NCBI GenBank assembly: GCA_016176785.1
Contig: JACOWN010000005.1
Span: 1,202 to 65,201, forward strand
Direction: 5' to 3'
DNA length: 64,000 nucleotides
DNA from: Parcubacteria group bacterium
GTDB lineage: Bacteria; Patescibacteriota; Minisyncoccia; Phycocordibacterales; UBA2135
Part shown: one piece after another, positions 36,624 to 45,475 of the stretch
How the letters are laid out: every line of letters starts with the position of its first letter
How positions within the stretch are numbered: position 1 is the first letter of the stretch
Translations under genes and position numbers: made by a program
Notes under the pieces: generated by a model
Seen by the model: only the letters and a program-made list of their open reading frames with translations
Database searches by the model: none
Told to the model about the DNA's origin: nothing

Positions 36624-37601
36624 CTACGGCACGAGACGCGCAAAAACGCTCCCCGCCTCGTTTGCGCTGAAGGCAATACCGTGCGCCGTCTTAAAATACG
36701 CTTTCAGGTTTTTGAGCGCGGTGTACAGCGAATCGGCGCTTTTTTGGTAAACACCGAGGTGCACCAGCGCAGAAAGAGGGTCTTCGTAGACCGCCTTCAT
36801 GGCGCGGATGTTTTCCGAGAGCGCGTTGAAACTTGAAAGAAGAGCCGTGTGGAGCGCGCGCGCGTCATTCGGCACGGAGAGCCCCCGCGCGTCCGCGAAC
36901 ATGTTGTCGTATGCGGCGATGATCGGTTCAAGTTTTTCCAATTCTTTCTTGTCTTCGTTGGAAAGGGCGCGGAGGAGAATGACCGCTTCGTTCTCGTTCG
37001 TCACGGAATTGGCGATAATGACTCCGCCGAGCGCATTGCCGTACGCCCGAACCGTTTCCTCGGTTGCGGGGACGATATTTTTGATGTCTTCCTCGGAAAA
37101 ACTCTTGTCGGCGATGTCAACGTACGCCTTTTGAGCGATTGTGTTCACAAAATCCGCTTCCGTAACCGCGTTGAACGAATCCGACTGTTTCAAGGCGAGG
37201 TAACCGGTGATGACATCGCGCGCGAGTTCCCCCGTTGCCGTGCGCGGCGCCTGCTCCTCATTTGTTCGCGGCGCGATTTTTGTCGCGGTGCGGCGGTCGT
37301 CGGGTCCCGCGACGGTCGGATCGCGGCCTTCGCGCACCTCCGCGCCGTCCGGCGTCCCGTCGCCGTCAGTGTCGGGATTTTTGGGGTCTGTTTTCCAAAG
37401 AATTTCCTCCCAATCGCGGAGGCCGTCGCCGTCTTCATCGCGGATAAGAAGGTCCGCCGCATTTTTCGGCGCGCTTGCCGTCGCAAGCGTAGTTGATTGC
37501 TCAAACCCCGCCTTGTTTTTGAGCGAGTTCACAACAAAAACCCCTCCTATGACAAGGACGCCAAAAATAACCGCAAAAACAGTTTTGCTTCGGAAATTCA
37601 C
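36624..37601 (-). CDS. Membrane-anchored protein with two thrombospondin-type-3-like Ca-binding repeats
   Basis: N-terminal TM. DEDGDGLRDWEE and DTDGDGTPDGAEV (DxDxDG) repeats. First gene of the minus-strand block. Confidence 0.4.
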   Translation of the reverse strand: MNFRSKTVFAVIFGVLVIGGVFVVNSLKNKAGFEQSTTLATASAPKNAADLLIRDEDGDGLRDWEEILWKTDPKNPDTDGDGTPDGAEVREGRDPTVAGPDDRRTATKIAPRTNEEQAPRTATGELARDVITGYLALKQSDSFNAVTEADFVNTIAQKAYVDIADKSFSEEDIKNIVPATEETVRAYGNALGGVIIANSVTNENEAVILLRALSNEDKKELEKLEPIIAAYDNMFADARGLSVPNDARALHTALLSSFNALSENIRAMKAVYEDPLSALVHLGVYQKSADSLYTALKNLKAYFKTAHGIAFSANEAGSVFARLVP

Positions 37602-37664
37602 TCTATATGTTCAAATTATAGCAACATATCCTCCCCCGGAGTACGCATGTGACGACGAAATGTG

Positions 37665-37705
37665 TGGATAAGAAAAACCCCGCGAGAGACGGGGGTTCCC
37701 GCGGG
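37665..37705 (-). terminator. Rho-independent terminator after ksgA
   Basis: AACCCCGCG...CGCGGGGTT hairpin followed by a T-run on the minus strand. Confidence 0.55.
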
Positions 37706-37727
37706 GTTGCGCGAGCCGAGTGTCGGG

Positions 37728-38540
37728 TTACGTTGAAGAAAAAGGTCGGGCAAGAACCCGCGCCAGTCGTTTCCAGTCCTCAAGCGACAAATCCTCGGCT
37801 CGCGCGTCCGGAGAGACACCCGCTTTTTTAAAGAGAGGACCGTCTGCGCCTTTGTTTCTAAGGTTATTTGAGAGTTTTTTGCGCGGGTGAGCGAAGCCGG
37901 CGCGCACGACGGAAAAAAACGCGTCCTCGGAGATGTCTTCAAAAAAGTCCCTCGAGATGCCCGCGATAGTGAGTATCGCCGAATCAACTTTTGGCGCCGG
38001 CACGAAAGAGCCGGCTTTTACGGTTTTTACGTATTTCGGCGCGCCGTACGCTTTAACGGATATTGAAAGAAGGGATTCCTTGCCGTTTTTTGCAATAATG
38101 CGCTCGGCAACTTCTTTTTGCACGATGACCGCGATCATGCGCGGTTTCGGGTCTATGGAAAGGAAGCGGCGGAGAAACGCGCCGGTGATGTAGTAGGGAA
38201 TACTGCCGATGAGTTTGTAGTGAGTAGTTTGCAGGGAGTGGTTTTTTGGTTCAAATTGGAGAATGTCGGCGGGGACGACGACGAGTTTTTGAGCGGCGGT
38301 TTCTGCGGCGAGCGCATGTGTAAGTTCGGCGGCGAGGGTCTCGTCTTTTTCTACGGCAATAACGCGCTCCGCGCGCTCAAGAAGTATTTTTGTGATCATC
38401 CCCCTTCCCGGGCCGACCTCAACAACCGTATCTCCGCGCCCGACATCAGCCGCATCCGCGAGTTCGCGAGCGGTTGACTCGTTTTTTAAAAAGTTTTGCC
38501 CCAGAGATTTTTTTACCCCCGTTCTTACGTCATGGATCAT
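37728..38540 (-). CDS. rsmA: 16S rRNA (adenine1518/1519-N6)-dimethyltransferase
   Basis: SLGQNFL SAM-binding start, VVEVGPGRGMIT, and the FxPxPKVDSA C-terminal motif of KsgA. Confidence 0.9.
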   Translation of the reverse strand: MIHDVRTGVKKSLGQNFLKNESTARELADAADVGRGDTVVEVGPGRGMITKILLERAERVIAVEKDETLAAELTHALAAETAAQKLVVVPADILQFEPKNHSLQTTHYKLIGSIPYYITGAFLRRFLSIDPKPRMIAVIVQKEVAERIIAKNGKESLLSISVKAYGAPKYVKTVKAGSFVPAPKVDSAILTIAGISRDFFEDISEDAFFSVVRAGFAHPRKKLSNNLRNKGADGPLFKKAGVSPDARAEDLSLEDWKRLARVLARPFSST

Positions 38541-38550
38541 ACGTCATGGA

Positions 38551-40512
38551 TCAGATATTGATATTCGGCATTATCTCTTCTTCGTTTGCTGTTTCCAATT
38601 CAACCAACTCCTGCGGAATATCCGCGAGGAACTCCGACGGCGCATTGAGCCCGCGGCTGCCGAACACGGAACGCGTTTCCGCATACGACAAAAACACTTT
38701 TTCTTTTGCCCGCGTGAGCGCCACATAAAAAAGCCGTCGCTCCTCTTCCTGTTTTTCCGCGTCAGTCCGCGCGGAGTCGGCTCCGGCCCTCGTTTCCGAA
38801 GGGAAAAGCCCCTGCTCCAATCCCGTCACAAAGACGTACGGGAACTCAAGCCCCTTCGCCGCGTGAACCGTCATAAGCCGCACTCCCTTTCCGTCCCGCA
38901 CGAGCGCGTCCTGGTCGCTTGCGAGCGCCGCATCTTCCAAAAACTTGTCCAGGTCTCTGTATCGCGACGCGAGCGAGCCGAGTTCCTTTACGTTTTGCAG
39001 ACGCTCAAAGCCGTCGCCGCCTTCGCTTTCAAGATGCGCCGTAAGACCGGAATGTTCCGCAACGAAGCTCACGAGTTCCGCCGGCGTTTTTTCCCGCGCG
39101 GCGATCTCTATTTTTTTAAGCAGTGCGTAAAAATCATCTATTTTTCCGCGTATTTTGGGGGGTAGCGCGTTTTTTTGCCCCGAAAAAATCTTTACGATCG
39201 TTACGGTGCCGACGCCGCGCGGGGGCATGTTGATGATGCGTTTCACGTCGCCCAAGCTCTCCGGATTCACTGCGGCGCGAATGTATGAAAACACGTCTTT
39301 GATCTCTTTCCGCTCGAAAAATCTCGTGCCGAGAACGACATACGGCACGTCAAGCGCGAGGCACGCTTCTTCAAGAGCGCGCGACTGGAAGTTCGTCCGG
39401 TACAACATCGCAATGTCGTGCGGTGCGGCGTTTTTCCGGCCAATGAGTTCCCGCGCCCGCGCGGCGGCGTAGTACGCTTCGGCCATTTCGTTCGGCGCGA
39501 CGAAAAGCGAAAGTTTCTCGCCGCGCGGTTTTTGCGTGAAGAGCGTTTTTTTCTGGCGCAGCGTGTTTTTTTGTATCACCTCGTTCGCGGCGTCAAGGAT
39601 CGTTTTTGTGGAGCGGTAATTTTCTTCAAGAAAAACGATCTTCGTGTTCGGATAGTCCTTTTCAAAACGGAGAATGTTTTTTATCCGCGCTCCGCGCCAG
39701 GAATAAATGAGCTGGTCGGTGTCTCCGACGGCGCACACATTCCCGTGTTTTTCCGCGAGCAGTTTCGCCAGCATGTACTGCGCATGATTCGTGTCCTGAT
39801 ACTCGTCAATGTGGATGTGGCTCCAGCGATCTTGGAAATGCGCGAGCGCGGCGGCGTTTTTTTGGAGAAGGAGCACTGCGGAAAGGAGCAGGTCGTCAAA
39901 ATCAAGCGCGCCCTCCCTCGCAAGAAGCGCGTCATATTCGCGCCAGACGCGCGCCGCCGCATACGAGAATCGCGCGCCGAACGATGCGTCGCCGCCGTAT
40001 CTTTTTTCATACTCGTCCACGGTCACGAGGTCCCCTTTCATGCGTGAAATGTGCGCGAGCATCTTTCCGGGCTCATATTGTTTTGGGTCAGCGCCGACAT
40101 TTTTCATCGCATGCCGTATGAGGGACTTGGAATCGTCGCGGTCTTTGATGGTGAAATGTTTTTTAATGCCGATGGCGCCTCCTTTTTCTCTCAGAATATG
40201 CACCCCCAAGGAGTGGAAGGTTCCAATGAACGGAAAATCCGCCGGATCGTTTCCGTATCCCGTAACCCGCGCCCCGCCACCTGTCCGCATGAGCAGGCTC
40301 ACACGTTCCCGCATCTCGTTCGCGGCTTTGTTGGTGAACGTAACGGCGAGGATACGCTCCGGCGAGACGCCGCTTCTCAAAAGTTCGGCGATCCGGCAGG
40401 TGACGACGCGCGTTTTTCCTGCTCCCGCCCCCGCAACCACCAATAAAGGGCCCTCTTTGTGGAGTACCGCCTCTTTTTGCGCAGGATTCAACCCGTGAAG
40501 CGAAGCGTCCAT
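38551..40512 (-). CDS. pcrA: ATP-dependent DNA helicase PcrA/UvrD (SF1)
   Basis: LNPAQKEAV, Walker A AGAGAGKTRV, motifs II (DEYQDTN), III and VI (VALTRAK). Start at MDASLHG. Confidence 0.9.
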   Translation of the reverse strand: MDASLHGLNPAQKEAVLHKEGPLLVVAGAGAGKTRVVTCRIAELLRSGVSPERILAVTFTNKAANEMRERVSLLMRTGGGARVTGYGNDPADFPFIGTFHSLGVHILREKGGAIGIKKHFTIKDRDDSKSLIRHAMKNVGADPKQYEPGKMLAHISRMKGDLVTVDEYEKRYGGDASFGARFSYAAARVWREYDALLAREGALDFDDLLLSAVLLLQKNAAALAHFQDRWSHIHIDEYQDTNHAQYMLAKLLAEKHGNVCAVGDTDQLIYSWRGARIKNILRFEKDYPNTKIVFLEENYRSTKTILDAANEVIQKNTLRQKKTLFTQKPRGEKLSLFVAPNEMAEAYYAAARARELIGRKNAAPHDIAMLYRTNFQSRALEEACLALDVPYVVLGTRFFERKEIKDVFSYIRAAVNPESLGDVKRIINMPPRGVGTVTIVKIFSGQKNALPPKIRGKIDDFYALLKKIEIAAREKTPAELVSFVAEHSGLTAHLESEGGDGFERLQNVKELGSLASRYRDLDKFLEDAALASDQDALVRDGKGVRLMTVHAAKGLEFPYVFVTGLEQGLFPSETRAGADSARTDAEKQEEERRLFYVALTRAKEKVFLSYAETRSVFGSRGLNAPSEFLADIPQELVELETANEEEIMPNINI

Positions 40513-40633
40513 TGGGGTACTATAGCACACATTGACTTACTCGCGTATTTGTTTCTTTTTGCTCGTTTTTGAGTCCTTTTTAAGGGCTTTCTGGGGCGCA
40601 GGACATCGCGCCGTGCGGTGGTGGAAAACTCGC

Positions 40634-40730
40634 TTGCGTTTCCCCGTCCTCCTCGCTATACTGGGCAGTATCGTGAAACGGTAGCAGTGAACGCCAAAGA
40701 CCTTGCAAATAAAGGTCATTTCTGATTTTC
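40634..40730 (+). ncRNA. Candidate short transcript: sigma70-like promoter (TTGCGT-17-TATACT) followed ~35 nt later by a hairpin plus T-run
   Basis: -35 at 40634-40639, -10 at 40657-40662. Terminator-like AGACCTT-gcaaata-AAGGTC + ATTTCTGATTTT at 40698-40730. Lies upstream of the LysM/M23 gene. The status as an sRNA is an inference. Confidence 0.3.
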
Positions 40731-40907
40731 GGTAGGCCTGTATCTTGCCTCGTCGCCCTATTTTTCCCCCGTTTTCAATAAGATCTTACGGCTGCATTTT
40801 GGACAACGGTCGGGGGCGCGGGCATCAAAAAGCAACTTATTTCTCCGACATCACAAGACCCCGGCTCGAGTTTTCGTGTTTCGGACGGTCGGGCGACACA
40901 ATGCAGG

Positions 40908-41936
40908 ATGTTTTTTTATTTCCTGCGGCGGAAAGCGATTACCCTGATCGTTGCGCTTTCCATTGAGGCCAGCATGCCGGTCGCATTCATGCCCGCCGGC
41001 TTTTTCTCGTTTTTAGGGAACTTGTTTGAAAGGGCGGGATCGTCGGCGGTGACCGTTTCCAATTCGCAGAACATGGCGCTCCTCCAGGCGGCGCTTAACT
41101 TTGACCCCAACCCCTCAAAGGGCGGCGGCGACATCACCATTGTTGGCGATTCCGCCCTTCTGCCCGACAGCGGCCCCTTAGGCACGATCGCGGACGTTGA
41201 AGAGCAGGCGCCCGGTTCAGACCAGATCAGTTTATATGTCGTGCGCGAAGGCGACTCATTGTCCCAGATCGCAAAAATGTTCGGTGTTTCCGTGAACACC
41301 ATCATGTGGGCGAACGACATTAACCGCGGCGACCTCATCCATGCGGGACAAGTGCTCGTTATCCTTCCCATATCCGGCGTCCGTTATACGGTTCTCAAGG
41401 GAGACACGTTGGAAATTATTGCCAAAAAATTCAAAGGAGACGTTGATGAAATAAAAAGATTTAACGATATTGCAAACGCATCGGAGCTTACTGTGGGGCG
41501 GACGATCATTATTCCTGCGGGAGAGGTCGCAAACAGGTCATATACCGCGCAGGGGTATCTGCCCGTCAGCGGCGCAAACGGACCCTCGTACGTCGGCTAC
41601 TACTTGCGTCCCGTCCCCGGCCCCAAGACGCAAGGCCTCCACGGGTATAACGGCGTTGATTTTGCCGCCGCATACGGAACGCCCGTGGCCGCCGCCGCCG
41701 AAGGAGCCGTCATCGTAAGCAGACCGGAAGGTTGGAACGGAGGGTACGGGCAATATGTTGTGGTGAGCCATCCCAATGGAACGCAAACGCTCTACGCGCA
41801 CTTGGGAGCCGTCGCCGTTTCCGCGGGTTCATATGTCGCGCGCGGGCAGACCATTGGCTATTCCGGTTCAACGGGAAAATCAACCGGCCCCCATCTCCAC
41901 TTTGAAGTTCGCGGCGCGCAGAACCCTTTTCAATAA
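40908..41936 (+). CDS. LysM-domain M23-family peptidoglycan endopeptidase
   Basis: Two LysM repeats (YVVREGDSLSQIAKMFGVSVNTIMWAN and YTVLKGDTLEIIAKKF). M23 zinc motifs HGYNGVDF and GSTGKSTGPHLHFEV. Confidence 0.85.
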   Translation: MFFYFLRRKAITLIVALSIEASMPVAFMPAGFFSFLGNLFERAGSSAVTVSNSQNMALLQAALNFDPNPSKGGGDITIVGDSALLPDSGPLGTIADVEEQAPGSDQISLYVVREGDSLSQIAKMFGVSVNTIMWANDINRGDLIHAGQVLVILPISGVRYTVLKGDTLEIIAKKFKGDVDEIKRFNDIANASELTVGRTIIIPAGEVANRSYTAQGYLPVSGANGPSYVGYYLRPVPGPKTQGLHGYNGVDFAAAYGTPVAAAAEGAVIVSRPEGWNGGYGQYVVVSHPNGTQTLYAHLGAVAVSAGSYVARGQTIGYSGSTGKSTGPHLHFEVRGAQNPFQ

Positions 41937-42080
41937 TTCAATAACGCACGCGAGCGCATACGGTCGCGTCGCGACCAATTTCAGTAAAGAAAAGGCCCCT
42001 TAAAGGGCCTTTTCTTTAGGTTTTTCTTTTCCTTGCCGCGATGCTTTGCGGATGTATACTGAGGAAGGAGAGATTCCTCC

Positions 42081-42500
42081 TTGGAGCGCATCGCCATGTT
42101 AACGAACCTCGGCAGAGCCTTGGCCGGCGTGCTCTCAACGGCCGTCGGCATTCTGTGGATGCAGTGGGAGTTCGCCGTGGCGCCGTCCGTATATGACCGG
42201 CGTCCGTACGCCGTATATCCCCTCGTTCAAATCCTTGAACAATCGCGAATGGGCATTACGGTCAAGGTGCGCGCCGAGAACGGCACGGTTGAAACACTCG
42301 TGTTTCGGAGCGCGTGGTATCGTTTCTACCGTCCCAACGTGACGGTTGAATATCTGGTTGACGGCGCGGCGCGCATTGAAGTGTACCGAGGCTATCGCCA
42401 GTGGTGGATTTTTTCCGACAACGGGACGGTTTTTTTCCGCATCGCCGTTTACAATGAAACCGAGGCGAGATGGCAGAGTCTTTATGAAGAACCGCCCTAA
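42081..42500 (+). CDS. Hypothetical membrane-anchored protein
   Basis: N-terminal TM LGRALAGVLSTAVGILW. No recognisable motifs. Confidence 0.3.
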   Translation: MERIAMLTNLGRALAGVLSTAVGILWMQWEFAVAPSVYDRRPYAVYPLVQILEQSRMGITVKVRAENGTVETLVFRSAWYRFYRPNVTVEYLVDGAARIEVYRGYRQWWIFSDNGTVFFRIAVYNETEARWQSLYEEPP

Positions 42501-42553
42501 CGGTTGAAAAACCACGGGGCGGTTTTTTTGAAGCATGCGCGGCGCGGCTGGCC

Positions 42554-44317
42554 TCATCGCTTCAGCGCCCCAAGGAGCTCTGACACCGGCAAAGTGTTCA
42601 CGATATCTTCTTTTTTTGCCCAGCCGCGTCGCGCCAGATGCGCTCCGTATTCAAGAAATCGGAGATGCCCGACGGAGTGCGCATCGGTATCAACGGACAT
42701 CTTAACGCCCGCCTCAACGCACTTTTTGATCAGCGCATCGTCAATGTCGGAGCGGTCGGGATACGCGTCGATCTCAATGACCGTTTTTGTCCGCTGTGCG
42801 GCTTTGATGACCTCGTCTGTGTCAAGGTCAATCCCCTTGCGGCGGTTCAGGATGCGCGTCGTCAGGTGAAAAATAATGTCAACGTTCGGATTCTCCATTG
42901 CGCGGATGACGCGTTTTGTTTGCTCGTCCCGCGGAAGATTGAAGTGACTGTGCACCGCCGCGCCGACGACGTCAAGAAGCGCGAGCGTCTCGTCGTCTAT
43001 ATCAAGGGTCCCGTCTTTCAAGATATTTACCTCCGCGCCCTTTAAGACCCTGAAGTTTGAGCTTTGAAGTTTGAGCGTTGAGTTTATTTTGTCTATCTCC
43101 TTTATTTGGCGCTTGAGTTTGGCCTCGTCTGAGCCGCCGGTCATGGCGAGCGTCTTCGTATGATCGGTGATCGCGATGTATTCAAGCCCCAGTTTTTGCG
43201 CCTCCTCCGCATACTCCTCAACGGTATTCTCGCCGTCCGTCCAGGTCGTCTGTATCTGAAGGTCGCCGCGGAGGTCTCTGTATTCAACGAGTTTCGGCAA
43301 TCTGTTCTCGCGCGCCGCCGCAATCTCCCCCGTCATTTCCCTAAGCTCCGGCTCAATGTAACGGAAACCGAGTTTTTTATAGAGTTCCTCCTCCGTTTTT
43401 CCCGCAATGAATGTTTCTTTCCTCCCCGTTTTCCCGCGAGATGCGAAAAGGCCGTATTCGGAGAGTTTCCATCCTCGCGCGAGCGCGATGCGCCGCAGTT
43501 CAATGTTGTGCGCTTTGGAGCCGGTAAAATAATTGAGCGCCGCGCCCCATGATTTTTTCGGGACAACGCGGAGGTCTGCGTCAAGGCCGTTCTTGAGCCG
43601 CACGTTCGTCTTGGTCGGGCCTTTGTCGTAGACATGCGCGACGAACGGAAGATTGACAAACCGGTCCATGACCCGTTCCGGGTCTTTTGACGTCGCGAGA
43701 ATGTCTATGTCGCCGATGGTTTCTTTGAAGCGGCGCACCGAACCCGCGACCATCACGTCTTCCACTTCCGGAAAATCACGGATGCGTTGTTCAATGTTCC
43801 GGATATCGGGTAACGCAAAACCGAGGATCTTTCTTCCCGCCCCCGACTTCAGGAATGCGATGCCGTTCAGGATTTTTTCCTCCGTTTTTTTACCGAAGCC
43901 GGGAAGCGTTCTTATCTTTCCCGCGCGCGCGGCGCGTTCAAGTTCCTTGAGATTTCGTATGCGGAGTTTTTTCCACAGCGTCCTGACGGTCTGCGGCCCG
44001 ACGCCCTCAACCGCAGTCAGTTCTTCTATTTTGACCGGCGTTCCTTTTTTGAGCCGCTCATACTCCGTGAAGCGCCCTTTTGTCAGAAGATGTTCAATAT
44101 GTTCCGCGATCCCCTTTCCGACACCGGGGATTTCTTGAAGCGCCCGTGTTCCGCCGGCGGCATAGATCTCCCGCACGTTCTCATCAAGCGCTTCAACGGA
44201 GAGCGCCGCCTTTTCATATGCGCGCGGCTTAAATTGGACGCCGCCCATCTCATAGAGCGCCGCCATCTCGTGAAGAATGCGCGCAACGTCGTCGTTTGAG
44301 AGCCGTTTCATACGCAT
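42554..44317 (-). CDS. polX: DNA polymerase X family protein with C-terminal PHP phosphoesterase domain
   Basis: HhH motifs (IPGVGKGIAEHI, VEGVGPQTVRTL). Pol-beta-like nucleotidyltransferase segment GSVRRFKETIGDIDIL. PHP His/Asp motifs in the C-terminal third. Confidence 0.85.
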   Translation of the reverse strand: MRMKRLSNDDVARILHEMAALYEMGGVQFKPRAYEKAALSVEALDENVREIYAAGGTRALQEIPGVGKGIAEHIEHLLTKGRFTEYERLKKGTPVKIEELTAVEGVGPQTVRTLWKKLRIRNLKELERAARAGKIRTLPGFGKKTEEKILNGIAFLKSGAGRKILGFALPDIRNIEQRIRDFPEVEDVMVAGSVRRFKETIGDIDILATSKDPERVMDRFVNLPFVAHVYDKGPTKTNVRLKNGLDADLRVVPKKSWGAALNYFTGSKAHNIELRRIALARGWKLSEYGLFASRGKTGRKETFIAGKTEEELYKKLGFRYIEPELREMTGEIAAARENRLPKLVEYRDLRGDLQIQTTWTDGENTVEEYAEEAQKLGLEYIAITDHTKTLAMTGGSDEAKLKRQIKEIDKINSTLKLQSSNFRVLKGAEVNILKDGTLDIDDETLALLDVVGAAVHSHFNLPRDEQTKRVIRAMENPNVDIIFHLTTRILNRRKGIDLDTDEVIKAAQRTKTVIEIDAYPDRSDIDDALIKKCVEAGVKMSVDTDAHSVGHLRFLEYGAHLARRGWAKKEDIVNTLPVSELLGALKR

Positions 44318-44397
44318 ATCATAGCAGAAGCGCGGCGGTTCGCGAGAGAGGGAGCCGCCGCTTGGTTTGCTCCGCGGATGTTTGATATACTTTACTC

Positions 44398-45420
44398 ATG
44401 AAAACCCACCTCGTTGCGGTCGGCGCCATTATCGCCTTCGCCGCTCTCCTCGGCGGTTCCTATTACGTCATCCAATCGCAGGTGGTTGGCACGCTTGAAA
44501 AAAAAGCGACAGAGGCGCTCGTAAGCGGCGATTATCTTGCGTCGCTCCGCCACCTTGAAGACCTCCGGGAATCGGCTCCCAAAGAAGCGTCGCTCCGCAG
44601 CGTTGACGAAAAGATCACTGAAGCGAAAAATCTGCTGCTCGCCGATGAAATTTTGACGAAAGCGCGCACTGCGGCGGAGAACGGCGACTGGTTTCAGGTT
44701 AAAGCCCTCCTGCAGCAGGGCGACGCGACCACAAACACCTCATTTACGCATTACAAAGAAGCCATTGATCTCTATGTTGCCGCTGCGAACAAAGTGCGCG
44801 AACTTGAAGAAAAGATAGACGCCGAACTTTCTCAGTTCCGCGAGGAAGCGCTTACGGAGAAAACAAAACGGCAGGCAGCCGAGCAAAAAGTAACGCAAAC
44901 GACGCAGCAACTGGAAACCACCGTTGCGGAAAAACAGGCGTCCGAACAGAAGCTCCAGCAGGAAATCTCCATTGTTTCGGCGGAGAAAGACGTGGCGGAA
45001 AGAATGGCGGAACAAGAACGCTTGAGTAAGTTTTTGAACGAAATTGACCTTTATCTTTCCATGCTCGGAAGAGGCGTTCGCTATCTTGACGACGCCATTG
45101 TTGAAATAGATGAAGGGAAAGACACGACCGCGCTCGCGCTTTTGAATCAGGGCAAGGCGCTTTTTGACGAAGTGAGCATGCGCACGAACGAGTTGCTCGT
45201 AAACCGTACCGAGAATGCATATAAACCGCAGGTGACCAATCTGTTGCAAGCGGCGACGGTCTTGGTGAGCGCAGCGCGGAGTTTCGGAAGCGCGGTGTTT
45301 TACATTGACCAAAAAGACGGCGATGAATTCCAAAAGTTCATGAGCGACGGAAGACAGAGCCGCGCCGCTTCCGTAAAACTCATGGACGATCTGCGCGCTT
45401 TCATTTTATCACTTCGTTAA
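44398..45420 (+). CDS. Hypothetical coiled-coil protein with N-terminal TM
   Basis: MKTHLVAVGAIIAFAALLGG TM. Long Gln/Glu/Lys-rich heptad region. Confidence 0.35.
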   Translation: MKTHLVAVGAIIAFAALLGGSYYVIQSQVVGTLEKKATEALVSGDYLASLRHLEDLRESAPKEASLRSVDEKITEAKNLLLADEILTKARTAAENGDWFQVKALLQQGDATTNTSFTHYKEAIDLYVAAANKVRELEEKIDAELSQFREEALTEKTKRQAAEQKVTQTTQQLETTVAEKQASEQKLQQEISIVSAEKDVAERMAEQERLSKFLNEIDLYLSMLGRGVRYLDDAIVEIDEGKDTTALALLNQGKALFDEVSMRTNELLVNRTENAYKPQVTNLLQAATVLVSAARSFGSAVFYIDQKDGDEFQKFMSDGRQSRAASVKLMDDLRAFILSLR

Positions 45421-45452
45421 AAATGTCCCGCCTAAGGCGGGACATTTTTAGC
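45421..45452. terminator. Bidirectional terminator hairpin AAAATGTCCCGCC-taa-GGCGGGACATTTT
   Basis: Perfect 13-bp stem between convergent genes. Confidence 0.7.
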
Positions 45453-45475
45453 GGCGGAGAGCGTTCGCGCCGAAG

